Source of the DNA: an uncultured Bacilli bacterium
GTDB taxonomy: Bacteria; Bacillota_I; Bacilli_A; RF39; UBA660
Length of the DNA: 64,000 nt
Assembly (NCBI GenBank): GCA_947627675.1
Contig: CANQWY010000002.1
Span: 108-64,107, forward strand
Reading direction: 5' to 3'
The notes under the pieces are model-generated. The model worked only from the letters and a program-made list of their open reading frames with translations, made no database searches and had not been told where the DNA came from. The translations under genes and the position numbers were made by a program. Below are positions 1 to 10,293 of the stretch, piece by piece (within the stretch, counting starts at the first letter, position 1; each line of letters opens with the position of its first letter).

Positions 1-5
1 CATAT

Positions 6-716
6 TTACTTTTTTTCATAAGCATCAATCATTTTCTTAGATATCTTTTGATATGCAAAATTATTAGGATAATAAGATTTTGGATTATCAAAATATTTAC
101 TATTATTAGATATAAAACTAGTATCAATAAAAATATCATTATTTCTTTTACATAATTGCTTATATTTATTATTTATCTTAGAAATTAATTTATCATATTT
201 AGAATTGTTTTCATAGTAGCCTATTACATATATTTTTTTATTATAATATTTTTTTATTTCACTTATTAATTTCTCATATTTATCATATACGCTTTCTACT
301 ATTTTATTCTCTTTATAAATTGATAAATACTCTTCTGTATTTGTTTCTAATATTAAATCATTTAAACCAATAGATAGTGATATAATGTCAGCATCCGATA
401 ATAATCTTCTTAAATTATAATTATCAGAATCTATTGTTATTGTTTCATCCACTAATATATCATTATATAATTCTGTAATAGTTTTAGTTTTACTGGTATA
501 AGTTTTATTATATATTGATAAAATATTTTTATCTTGCAAATAATCTTTAAAATAATCACTATAACCATAACTTATAGCTCCATATGAATTTTCACCCAAA
601 GATAATGAGTCACCTAATGATACATACGTAATATTGTTATTATTAGTTTCTTGATATATAAAATAAATTGATGATGTTAAAAGAATTAAAATAATAATTT
701 TTATTTTTTTATTCAT
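6..716 (-). CDS. Secreted SGNH/GDSL-family hydrolase-like protein
   Basis: N-terminal signal peptide (MNKKIKIIILILLTSSIYF). GDSLSLG motif typical of the SGNH/GDSL hydrolase block I. Confidence 0.45.
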   Translation of the reverse strand: MNKKIKIIILILLTSSIYFIYQETNNNNITYVSLGDSLSLGENSYGAISYGYSDYFKDYLQDKNILSIYNKTYTSKTKTITELYNDILVDETITIDSDNYNLRRLLSDADIISLSIGLNDLILETNTEEYLSIYKENKIVESVYDKYEKLISEIKKYYNKKIYVIGYYENNSKYDKLISKINNKYKQLCKRNNDIFIDTSFISNNSKYFDNPKSYYPNNFAYQKISKKMIDAYEKK

Positions 717-748
717 AATTCCTCCAAAAAAAAGAGTCTTTAATATAT

Positions 749-2002
749 TTATATTTCTCGACTCTTTATTTTAGCACCTACTTGAGTTAATTTTTCAACT
801 ATATTTTCGTATCCTCTTAATATATGTTCAACATTTGTAATCATAGTTTTACCATCAGCAACTAATGCAGCAGCAACTAAACTTGCACCGGCTCGTAAGT
901 CTGTGGCAACGACTTCTTTTCCCTTCAATTTATTTGGTCCAATTATAGTTGCAGTTTGATTTCTTATTGAAATATCAGATCCCATTTGACATAAATATGG
1001 AACATTCATAAAACGATTTTCAAAAATAGTTTCTTCTACTTTACTTTCTCCTGAACATTGTGTTAATAGTGTTATGAAAGGCTGTTGCAAATCTGTTGGA
1101 AAGCCAGGATAAGGAGCAGTTTTTATATTTGTTGTTTTATAATTTTCTCCTTTTGATATTATTATATAATCTGGGCCTATTTCTAGTTTAGCACCTATTT
1201 CTTGAAGCTTCGATATTAAAGAATCTAAATGTTCAGGAATTATATTATCTATTTTTAAATTATCACCACAAAGCGAACCTATTATTATATATGTTCCCGC
1301 TTCTATTCTATCTGGTATTACCTCATGGAAACATCCGTGTAAGTGTTTGACACCTTCTATTTTTATAGTTGATGTACCTGCTCCCGTAATATGAGCTCCC
1401 ATATTATTTAAAAATGTAGCAACGTTTACTATTTCTGGTTCTTTGGCTGCATTATCTATCGTTGTTTTACCTTCAGCCTTTACAGCTGCTAGCATAATAT
1501 TAATTGTAGCTCCTACAGATGCAAAATCTAGATATATAGGACAACCTACTAATTTTTCAGCTTCAACTGTATATTTATTTCCTTCAATATGCACTTTAGC
1601 TCCTAATGCTTCAAATCCTTTTAAATGTAAGTCTATTGGTCTTGCTCCTATTGAACATCCACCTGGAAAATACATTACTACTTTTTTATATTTTCCTAAA
1701 AGAGCTCCCATAAAATAATAAGATGCACGTAATTTTTTAGAATATTCTTCGTCTATTTCATTATTTTTGATATTTGAGGGATCTATTATTATACTTTCAC
1801 TTGCTCTTTTAGTAACAACTCCTAGATGATTTAATATTTCACATAAATTATCAGTATCAGTTATTTCTGGAATATTACAAATCGTTGTTTTAGAGTCTGC
1901 TAATATAGCAGCAGGAATTAAAGCAACCGCACTATTTTTGGCACCACTAATTCTAATAGTACCAGATAATTTTGTTCCACCTGTTATTTCTAATATTTTC
2001 AT
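749..2002 (-). CDS. murA: UDP-N-acetylglucosamine 1-carboxyvinyltransferase
   Basis: 417 aa. Global similarity to MurA/EPSP-synthase fold proteins, with a MKILEITGG...LSGTIRISGAKN N-terminus and the C-terminal LRAGASLV motif. Confidence 0.9.
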   Translation of the reverse strand: MKILEITGGTKLSGTIRISGAKNSAVALIPAAILADSKTTICNIPEITDTDNLCEILNHLGVVTKRASESIIIDPSNIKNNEIDEEYSKKLRASYYFMGALLGKYKKVVMYFPGGCSIGARPIDLHLKGFEALGAKVHIEGNKYTVEAEKLVGCPIYLDFASVGATINIMLAAVKAEGKTTIDNAAKEPEIVNVATFLNNMGAHITGAGTSTIKIEGVKHLHGCFHEVIPDRIEAGTYIIIGSLCGDNLKIDNIIPEHLDSLISKLQEIGAKLEIGPDYIIISKGENYKTTNIKTAPYPGFPTDLQQPFITLLTQCSGESKVEETIFENRFMNVPYLCQMGSDISIRNQTATIIGPNKLKGKEVVATDLRAGASLVAAALVADGKTMITNVEHILRGYENIVEKLTQVGAKIKSREI

Positions 2003-2326
2003 AAAGCCTCCATCACTATATTGTATTTAATTTTTGCCAATTAAGTGCATTATTTAATCTGAAATATTAGAGTTTTGTTATTTTTTTACTTTATTATATA
2101 AAATAGTTATATATATCAAACTTATTAATCCATAATTTTTATATACTACTTTACCACTAACTCTATAAGTATAATATTAAAGATATCTTTCTTTGTCAAT
2201 AAAGCTTAAAAAAAAACAAGTAAATTTGACTTATTTTTTAAAATTTCTAATAAATACATTAGCTTTTTATAATGGCTTTTGCCTGCTAAATATTCTTTTT
2301 TAATTATTGTTAATATTAATAGATGA

Positions 2327-2863
2327 CTATATTTTAAGAAAATATTTAATAGATAATAATAGTAATAAAGTACCACCAATTACATTAGCTTTGTTTTCTA
2401 CTTTGTTATTTATATATTTACCTATAGTCAAACCAGTTACAGTGAAAAGAAAACTAATTATAGAAAAAATTAAACTTGATAAATATGTATACTCATTTGT
2501 AAGTGATAAACCTAACCCTATTGTGAAACTATCAATACTTACTGTTATAGCAATTATTATTAAATATAAATAATTTATGTTTATATAGTTTTCTTTTTCT
2601 TTACTTGTAAATACTTCTATGCTTAATATTAAAAAAATTATTCCCAATATATAAGAAGAAATATGTTCTAAATTAAAAGATATTATAATACCGATATAAT
2701 TTCCAAGTAAGGGCATTATAAAATGTAATATACCTACAAGAACAGAAAAGAATATCATTTTTCTCTTATCTAATAAATTGCTAGTCGTCATGCAGATTGC
2801 TACTGAAAAAGCATCCATACTAAGTGCTATTGCTATTAAAAAATCAGTTATTATTTTATTCAT
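2327..2863 (-). CDS. mntP: Manganese efflux pump MntP family (DUF204) membrane protein
   Basis: 178 aa polytopic membrane protein with an N-terminal LSMDAFSVA motif, as in MntP/YebN. Confidence 0.65.
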   Translation of the reverse strand: MNKIITDFLIAIALSMDAFSVAICMTTSNLLDKRKMIFFSVLVGILHFIMPLLGNYIGIIISFNLEHISSYILGIIFLILSIEVFTSKEKENYININYLYLIIIAITVSIDSFTIGLGLSLTNEYTYLSSLIFSIISFLFTVTGLTIGKYINNKVENKANVIGGTLLLLLSIKYFLKI

Positions 2864-2914
2864 TGTTTCACCTAGTATAAATTTATTATTTATATTTTTA
2901 TTTATTCTTAATTT

Positions 2915-3448
2915 TTAATTTATATTTATATATTTATTTAAAATATCTTTTACCAATAAATGATATTCTATATCTTGTTCTTTTTCATCTTCATCTATTA
3001 AACAAAGTGGTGGAAACAATACGCACCAGAAATTCTGTCCTTCGCCTTTACCTAATTTTACTACAAGAGATTCATAATTACCATCTTGATATACTACATT
3101 TTTATATTCTTTTACCGGAAAGTAATTTTCACCATAATTAATATTATAGTCTATATTAGAATTATTTTCTTTTAAAGTTTTATTTATTGTATTTTCTAAT
3201 AAAGGCATTCCTTCTTTTATAGATTTTCTTACTTCTTCTAAACTATTTTTATTATTTAATAGACTTAAAATATCTTTATTTAAATTATCTTTTACTTTTA
3301 TTTTCAAATCTTGATCTTCTTTTGAATCTGAATTTGCTATTACTCTAAAACGTATAGATTCTTTTGGTATTATAACTTCTTCTTTGTTTAAATCGTTTGC
3401 AACAAATATTATTGTCAATAAAAATATGAATACAAATATTTTTCTCAT
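2915..3448 (-). CDS. spoIIR: Stage II sporulation protein R-like secreted protein
   Basis: Signal peptide followed by an IRFRVIANSDSKEDQDLKIKVKD motif that matches the conserved SpoIIR core (RLRILANSDS) as recalled from memory. Confidence 0.5.
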   Translation of the reverse strand: MRKIFVFIFLLTIIFVANDLNKEEVIIPKESIRFRVIANSDSKEDQDLKIKVKDNLNKDILSLLNNKNSLEEVRKSIKEGMPLLENTINKTLKENNSNIDYNINYGENYFPVKEYKNVVYQDGNYESLVVKLGKGEGQNFWCVLFPPLCLIDEDEKEQDIEYHLLVKDILNKYININ

Positions 3449-3517
3449 TTATCTCACCCTTCAATATATTAAAGAGTAATATTATATTTTATTATTCATT
3501 TATTTTATAACAAAATT

Positions 3518-4354
3518 CTACTTTATTAGATTTTTTGATATTATAAATATCATCCTATCTCTATTTTGCATATCTTTTAAAGATATAATTTCTACATTCT
3601 TTAAATAAGTATTTATTAAGTTTACAATAGCTTCTTTTTGCTTGTATCCTATTTCAAAGGCAATCATATATTTTTCTTTTATATTTTTATTAATTGTACT
3701 TAATATTTTTTTATAATAATAAAGACCATTTTCAGGAGCAAATAAAGCAAGATGAGGTTCATTCTTTTTTACAATTTCTTCTATGTTTTCATCATAGCTT
3801 ATATATGGTGGATTACTTATTATTACATCATATCTTTTGTTTATATTTTGCAACATATCATTTTTTATAAAATCTACTTCTATATTTAGATTTTTTGAAT
3901 TTTCTTTGGCAACTTTTAAAGCTTCTTCTGATATGTCAAGTAAAGTTACTTTTGTGTTAACCTTATTTATTTTTTGTTTTAAACATAACCCTATTGCTCC
4001 ACTTCCACAACCTAAGTCTAGTATATCGATATCATAATTAAAGTATTTATTTATGTATTTTATAGTATTTTCTACTAATTCTTCTGTTTCAAAGCGGGGT
4101 ATTAAAACATTTTTATTCACAATTAATTTGTTTCCATAAAAATTCGTATAACCTAAAACGTATTGTAATGGAATATTATTTCTTATTGCTTCTATTTCCT
4201 TTTTAAAAACATTTACTTTTTCACTTTCTACTTCTAAATCCAAATGTAACAATAGCTCCAAAGGATTTAAATTCAAAAGATCACCTAATAAAATTTTTGA
4301 ATAATCTTTATGAATATATTTTTTTGAAAAGACAAGTAATTCTTCTACTGTCAT
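3518..4354 (-). CDS. prmC: Release factor glutamine N5-methyltransferase PrmC (HemK)
   Basis: DLGCGSGAIG SAM-binding motif and NPPY catalytic motif. Lies immediately downstream of prfA, as in most bacteria. Confidence 0.85.
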   Translation of the reverse strand: MTVEELLVFSKKYIHKDYSKILLGDLLNLNPLELLLHLDLEVESEKVNVFKKEIEAIRNNIPLQYVLGYTNFYGNKLIVNKNVLIPRFETEELVENTIKYINKYFNYDIDILDLGCGSGAIGLCLKQKINKVNTKVTLLDISEEALKVAKENSKNLNIEVDFIKNDMLQNINKRYDVIISNPPYISYDENIEEIVKKNEPHLALFAPENGLYYYKKILSTINKNIKEKYMIAFEIGYKQKEAIVNLINTYLKNVEIISLKDMQNRDRMIFIISKNLIK

Positions 4355-5412
4355 TAGTTTTCTCCAGCTAGTTTTCTGGCTTGGTCCTCAGTAGTTAGGG
4401 CATCTATTATACTATCTAAATCCCCATCTATTACTCTATCTAAATTTTTAGTAGTATAACCTATTCTATGATCAGTTACTCTGTTTTGTGGATAATTATA
4501 TGTTCTTATTTTTTCAGCTCGATCTCCTGTACCTATTTTACTACGTCTCTCATTTCCTTCTGCTTGCTCTTTTTTTTCTCTTTCTAATTCATAAAGTCTA
4601 GCTTTTAATACTTTCATAGCTTGTTCTTTATTTTGAATTTGACTTCTTTCATTTTGACAAGTTACAACTGTATTAGTTGGGATATGGGTTATTCTTACTG
4701 CGGAATCTGTTGTATTTACTCCCTGACCTCCACAACCTGATGAACGATATATATCTATTCTTAAGTCTGATTGTTTGATTTCTATATCTACTTCTTCTGC
4801 TTCTGGCATTACTAAAACAGTTGCGGTTGATGTTTGCAAACGGCCATTTGATTCAGTTACAGGAACTCTTTGTACTCTATGCGAACCACTTTCATATTTA
4901 AATTTACTATATGCTCCATTACCTTTTACCATAAATTCTATTTGACTATATCCACCAGCATCTCCTTCAATTGAGTTATAAACTTCATATTTAAAACCTT
5001 TTTTTTCAGCATATCTGGTATACATTCTAAATAAGTCACCAGCAAAGATATTTGCCTCATCTCCACCAGCTGCTCCTCTAATTTCTACAATAACATTTTT
5101 AGAATCATTAGGATCTTTAGGAATTAATAATATTTCAATATTTTTTTCTAAATTTTCTTTTGCTTCTTCAAGATTTGCTAATTCATCACGTACCATGTCT
5201 TCTAACTCTTTGTCTTTTAACATTTCTTTTGTATCTTCAATGTTTTTTATTATTTTTTTATATTCTTTAAATGTTTTAACTACTTCTTCTAATTCACTTA
5301 ATTCTTTAGATAGTTCCCTTGTCTTTTTTATATCACTTAATACTTCTGTATTTGTTAAAGCATTTTCTATTTCATTATATCTATTTTCTATTTGTTCCAA
5401 GTGTTCAAACAT
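4354..5412 (-). CDS. prfA: Peptide chain release factor 1
   Basis: GGQ motif ([11 protein letters not shown]) and PVT tripeptide anticodon motif. 352 aa. Confidence 0.9.
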   Translation of the reverse strand: MFEHLEQIENRYNEIENALTNTEVLSDIKKTRELSKELSELEEVVKTFKEYKKIIKNIEDTKEMLKDKELEDMVRDELANLEEAKENLEKNIEILLIPKDPNDSKNVIVEIRGAAGGDEANIFAGDLFRMYTRYAEKKGFKYEVYNSIEGDAGGYSQIEFMVKGNGAYSKFKYESGSHRVQRVPVTESNGRLQTSTATVLVMPEAEEVDIEIKQSDLRIDIYRSSGCGGQGVNTTDSAVRITHIPTNTVVTCQNERSQIQNKEQAMKVLKARLYELEREKKEQAEGNERRSKIGTGDRAEKIRTYNYPQNRVTDHRIGYTTKNLDRVIDGDLDSIIDALTTEDQARKLAGEN

Positions 5413-5618
5413 ATAATCTCTCCTTTTGCTATTTTGTATTATATCATATTATTAATTATTTTTGAATATATACATATTTTAAAGAATAAAATAACATAAA
5501 GTTAATTCTTTAGTACAGCTAGAAAAATTTTTCTTATGAAATTATCTTATTAAATATCTATTAAACAAATTTATTATCAAAAAGAGAATTTTTATTTTTA
5601 TTTTTGTTTATTATTTAA

Positions 5619-7284
5619 TCACCAAACAACAAGAGAAAGACGTGAAGCATTTTGCTTATCGCCTGAACCAGTATTGTATATAAAGCCGAAAATACCATTT
5701 TGATTAATATAATTATAGGCACCGCCACAATCAAACCAAGGGTAGGTAGAATTTACAAACTTTTGATAATCTCCATAAAAGCCAGCTGTTCCATCGGCAT
5801 TTGTTGCATCTCCTTTGATTCCAGCACTGCTTGTATATAAATTATAATATTTTCTTTCTGGCATAGGATTAAATCCAGAATTATATACACTATTATTTAA
5901 GCTTCCCATTGTTTTCTCAAAAGCACCTCCTACTGTATCATATATTCCATAGATGGTTCCGGTTGTTGATGCTCCGGTTCCAGCTATTTCTTCATAATAC
6001 TGATGTTGACAACTATTACTTATACTAGCACTTGGGCTTCCTCCACTACAGCTTGTCTTAAATCCACTATAATTATTAGTATAAATCTCTTTATTAGCAT
6101 TTTTATAATTTGAATTTCCATATTTTCCATATTTACTTTGACTTAAGTATGCCATCGCTCCCCATTCCGTATTCTTTATCATATGCGTATCATAATTTTC
6201 TCCGCTTAATCCATAATTATTGGTACCGTTAGTACCGTTTATTTGGCTCTTTATGTTATTAAAAAATGATGAATGACTTTGATTTCTTATACTTGTTTGA
6301 TTAGGTAATGAAGTTATTGCACTTATTGCTCCAGTTAACTCGAATTTGCTTATCCAAATTCCTGGTAATTCTTTATTTTCTGAATTACTTCTGGTTGTTT
6401 CTACATCACAACTGTTGCCCCAACAAAATGATGAGGGTGTATAATAATTACTTGGCGTTGTTCCGGTGTATTTACCTGCTCCTTTTTCGGTTGTAGTCGT
6501 ATTTACAAATTTGATATCGAATGCTCCGGGTGTATTGATACTTGGTGATGATGCTCCTTCTATTTGATAGCCATATTGATCCCTTAATGTATAACTATAT
6601 CTTGGGATCCATACTAACATTAAGTTTACATCATTTAAATCTATTGTTGTTCCTGATGCTGCAGTTTTATATGTTGCTCTCTTAGATGGATCTTTTATCG
6701 TTACAGCATTAGCCCATATTTGTTTATCATAGTTATACCAGCTATTATTTGTATTTTCTTTATCTGCTTTTGCCCAACTACTTCCATTCCAAACTACCGG
6801 GATCATATCTCCTACTAACTCTGGTGCATTTGGTTCATTATTGTAATAGTCTTTTGTTTCTACTTTTAGTTTCCCTTTATAACTTCCTGTCCCTGTAAAT
6901 GTTATTGTTATTTGTACACTTTCTCCTACTTTTAAGTTCGCTTCTTCTATTGTTTTACTTGCTAAAGTCCCTGTTGTTGTCGTACCGTTCTTTGTATAAC
7001 TATAACTTATATTTACATCTTCTATATCTTCAACATACAGTCTATAACTTGCATCTTCTATTCCTCTATTTTCTATTGTAAATGTATATGTTTTATTTAA
7101 TTCGATATTTTCTTTATCTGAACCATTTACTCCATATATTCCTATATATCTTGTCCCTGTTTTTATTGTTATTTCTTTTTTTGTTTCTATACTCTTACTA
7201 TATTTGGCGTAAGTAACCCCCCCCCATTAGAACTATTGTTAGTATTAGGGGTATTACTAACAATATATCTTTTCTTTTTTCCAT
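5619..7284 (-). CDS. Phase-variable SipW-signal/camelysin(TasA)-like large secreted protein, copy A (OFF state as sequenced)
   Basis: ATG at 7284 with an AGGAG RBS. It encodes MEKRKDILLVIPLILTIVLMGGG and then reaches a stop 8 codons after a C9/G9 homopolymer (7217-7225). Removing one G fuses it in frame to the 395-aa ORF 5619..6806, giving about 554 aa. The N-domain resembles TasA/camelysin and the C-domain is Cys-containing and G/Y/N-rich. Confidence 0.7.
7217..7225. repeat. Poly-G/C homopolymeric tract (9 nt) inside the signal-peptide region of copy A
   Basis: taaCCCCCCCCCatt on the plus strand. A 9-mer G/C run is extremely unlikely by chance in roughly 25% GC DNA. Its position sets the reading frame. 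Confidence 0.85.
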
Positions 7285-7490
7285 TTTCTTTCTCCTTCTA
7301 TTTTTATATCTATATAATACACTCAATTCAAAATATTTGCAAATAAAGTACTAAAACTTTTTAATAGACATTTTACAATTTTAAACAGGAACTATCATTC
7401 CTTTAAATTAAATAATTTTACATCTTTTAAATTAAAAAAGCACCTATTAATAATTAGGTGAATTAATTATACTATATATTAGTATTAATT

Positions 7491-7943
7491 TTATTGTTCC
7501 AACTCTAAATCCTCTTCATCTAGTACAACTAAATCTTTTAAATCTTCAGTTGTATCTTCATATGATGAATCATCACTATAATCATCTTCTACTTCTTCAT
7601 TTAATATTTCATCTTCATCTGGCAATTCTTCTTCCTCATCATCATCCTCTACTTGACTAACTTGCTTTTTGATTTTATCGGATGTATGATTACTTCTTAA
7701 ATCCCAGCTACCATCTTCTAATAATATAAATCTTTTATCTGTTGATAAAGAAGTATAATAATCTCCAATTTTATTTTCAAATGTAGTTTTTGGTAATTCC
7801 AAAAGCTCAATTATTTTTTTAAATAATTCTGCTGTATTCATTGGCTTTTTAGATTCTTCTAAAATCATATTAGTTATATCTTTATTAGAAAGCAATTCTA
7901 ACTCTTCTTTTTTCATTTTATTAATACTCATATTATCCTCCAT
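7491..7943 (-). CDS. rpoE: DNA-directed RNA polymerase delta subunit
   Basis: 150 aa with an N-terminal HARE-HTH-like domain and a strongly acidic D/E-rich C-terminal tail, as in Firmicutes RpoE. Confidence 0.75.
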   Translation of the reverse strand: MEDNMSINKMKKEELELLSNKDITNMILEESKKPMNTAELFKKIIELLELPKTTFENKIGDYYTSLSTDKRFILLEDGSWDLRSNHTSDKIKKQVSQVEDDDEEEELPDEDEILNEEVEDDYSDDSSYEDTTEDLKDLVVLDEEDLELEQ

Positions 7944-8042
7944 TCAAGTCATTATATGTTATTATCTATAACTTGTTTAACATTTTTATATAAAACATCA
8001 AGAATATGTATATCATACATTCATTTCTTATGCAATATATTT

Positions 8043-9788
8043 TTACATTTTTTCTGGAACTTCTATTCCTAAAATAGATAAAATTTCCATATTTGTTTTA
8101 TAAACTAATTTTGTCAATGCTAACCAAGATTCTTTTAATTCAGAATCTTTTTCTATTAGAATCTTATTTTCATTGTAGAAAGTATTATAACTACTAGTAA
8201 GTTTATAAATATAATCAGTTAAATCATTTAAAGACTTTTCTTCTAAACTTTTAGTTAATACTTGCGGTAATCTTAAAAGTAGTAGAGCAGGGGACCTATC
8301 AGAATTATTTTTAAATTTTTTAATAGCACAATTGCTAATTTCTGACTTATTTAAAAGTGATCTCATTCTAATTGTAGAATACAATAAATATGGCCCTGTT
8401 TTACCTTCTAAACTTATAAATTTTTCTGGATCAAATATGTAATCAGTTGATCTATATGGAATTAGATCAGCATATTTTAATGCTGCAATTGCTATTTTTT
8501 TAGAAGTTTCTAAAATTTGATCTTCTTCTACTATATCTTTATTTATTCTTTTTAATACCTCATCTTGCAATATGTTTATTAAATCTTTTAGACTCATAAC
8601 TCCGCCATTTCTTGTTTTAAATGGCTTACCGTCATTTCCATTCATAGTACCAAAACCAAAAAATTCTAATTTCAAGTTTTCATCTACAAGTTTACTTTTT
8701 TTGGCAGCTCTAAATATTTGTTTGAAATATAAAGATTGTCTAAGATCCGCAAAATACCATATTTCATCAAGTTTAAACCTATCGACTCTTGAATATATTG
8801 TTGCAAGTTCACGAGTTGCATAAAGAGTAGCTCCATTTCTTTTTATAACTACTAAAGGAGGCATTGGAGAATTATCACTATCTTCTTTAACATCTATTAC
8901 CTTAGCATCCTCGCTAATAGTTAGATAATTATTTTCTTCCAAATATTCAATCATTTTAGATATATAAGGATAGCATGTTGACTCTCCTTCGTATAAATCA
9001 AAAGTTGTATTAATATCTTTATATACCTGTTTTATATCTTTTATTGAAACTTCTTTGATCTTGTTCCATAGTGCTTGATATGCTTTATTACCATTTTCTA
9101 ATTGTTTAGTTATTTCAACAACTTCTTCCATTCTTTTTTTATTATTTTTAGCATCTAATGATGCCAAAGGATATATTTCGCCTAATTCCTCAGGAGTTAT
9201 ATTATAATCTATGTCATCATAATTCCCTTCATAATTTTCATCAAAATAGGGCAGAGTAGGATATCTTCTTTTAATTTCTGAAATAACCATCCCAGATTGT
9301 CTACCAATATCTCCAAAATGTACATCGCTTATTACTTCTAACCCTAAATATCTTGCAAGACGTTTTATAGCTTCACCAATATTAGCAGAACGAAGATGAC
9401 CTACATGTAAAGTTTTTGCAACGTTGGCTCCACCATAATCCATAAAAATTGTCTTTGGCTCTTCTTTATCAACATTGATACTAAAATCTTCTAACATTCT
9501 ATTTAAAGATGTGTTTAAAAAATATGGACTTAGTGTTAAATTTATGAATCCTGGACCTGCTATATTTAAATTTATAAAACGAGAATCTTTTTTTAACAAA
9601 TTTAAAATATCATTTGCAATATCTATAGGATTCTTATTATAACTTTTAGAAAGACGCATTGCATCATTTATCTGAAAATCACCTAAATCAGGTCTTGATG
9701 ATGGAACAAAAGTTATATCATCTATATCATATCCTGCTTTATTTATTATTTCTATTATTGAATATTTCAAATCTTTTAGTATACTCAT
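8043..9788 (-). CDS. argS: Arginine--tRNA ligase
   Basis: 581 aa with class I HVGH motif, DALR anticodon-binding region and overall ArgS architecture. Confidence 0.9.
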   Translation of the reverse strand: MSILKDLKYSIIEIINKAGYDIDDITFVPSSRPDLGDFQINDAMRLSKSYNKNPIDIANDILNLLKKDSRFINLNIAGPGFINLTLSPYFLNTSLNRMLEDFSINVDKEEPKTIFMDYGGANVAKTLHVGHLRSANIGEAIKRLARYLGLEVISDVHFGDIGRQSGMVISEIKRRYPTLPYFDENYEGNYDDIDYNITPEELGEIYPLASLDAKNNKKRMEEVVEITKQLENGNKAYQALWNKIKEVSIKDIKQVYKDINTTFDLYEGESTCYPYISKMIEYLEENNYLTISEDAKVIDVKEDSDNSPMPPLVVIKRNGATLYATRELATIYSRVDRFKLDEIWYFADLRQSLYFKQIFRAAKKSKLVDENLKLEFFGFGTMNGNDGKPFKTRNGGVMSLKDLINILQDEVLKRINKDIVEEDQILETSKKIAIAALKYADLIPYRSTDYIFDPEKFISLEGKTGPYLLYSTIRMRSLLNKSEISNCAIKKFKNNSDRSPALLLLRLPQVLTKSLEEKSLNDLTDYIYKLTSSYNTFYNENKILIEKDSELKESWLALTKLVYKTNMEILSILGIEVPEKM

Positions 9789-9790
9789 TT

Positions 9791-10159
9791 TTATTCTCCC
9801 TCTTGTTTTTCTATTTTAAATATATATTTTTCATGATTTAATTCATATTCTATTTGTATTTTATTATTATCCTTTAATATTTTATTTGTAAAAATTTCTA
9901 AATCTAATGAATTATTTACTTTTTTTAAAAACAGATTATTAACAGTTGTTTGATTTTCTATAAAGTTTAATACCATATATATTTCTTCATTATCTCTTTT
10001 CAAAATATTACTAGTATACTCATATAATACAAAAGTTTTTTTTGCATCATTTTCTAGATAAAAAAGAGATTTATTTTTTTCATCAACTGTTATATTTACT
10101 TTATAATTTATTTTTTCATTATAATTACCTACAGTTACAAGTGCTTTAAAATTTCTCAT
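9791..10159 (-). CDS. DUF1934 (YwiB-like) protein
   Basis: Small 122-aa protein immediately upstream of and co-oriented with argS. The ywiB-argS pairing is conserved in Firmicutes. Confidence 0.45.
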   Translation of the reverse strand: MRNFKALVTVGNYNEKINYKVNITVDEKNKSLFYLENDAKKTFVLYEYTSNILKRDNEEIYMVLNFIENQTTVNNLFLKKVNNSLDLEIFTNKILKDNNKIQIEYELNHEKYIFKIEKQEGE

Positions 10160-10293
10160 TTTTACTCCTAAAATAATACTATATTATCATTAATAAAATA
10201 ACTAAAAATTCAGCTTAAATTATAGCATAAGTTTTAAAAAAATAATACATATTTTTAAGCATTTGTATAATACTAAATATGAAGGTGAATTCT

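Noticed and set aside
1443-1718. 91-aa plus-strand ORF
   Set aside because: Lies entirely antisense within murA. It is a low-complexity translation with no RBS.
6899-7081. Leu-rich 60-aa ORF, and likewise 61190..61372 and 61427..61720 on the other side
   Set aside because: These are antisense reads of the AT-rich variable genes. Poly-Leu composition is typical of TTA/CTT-rich antisense artefacts.
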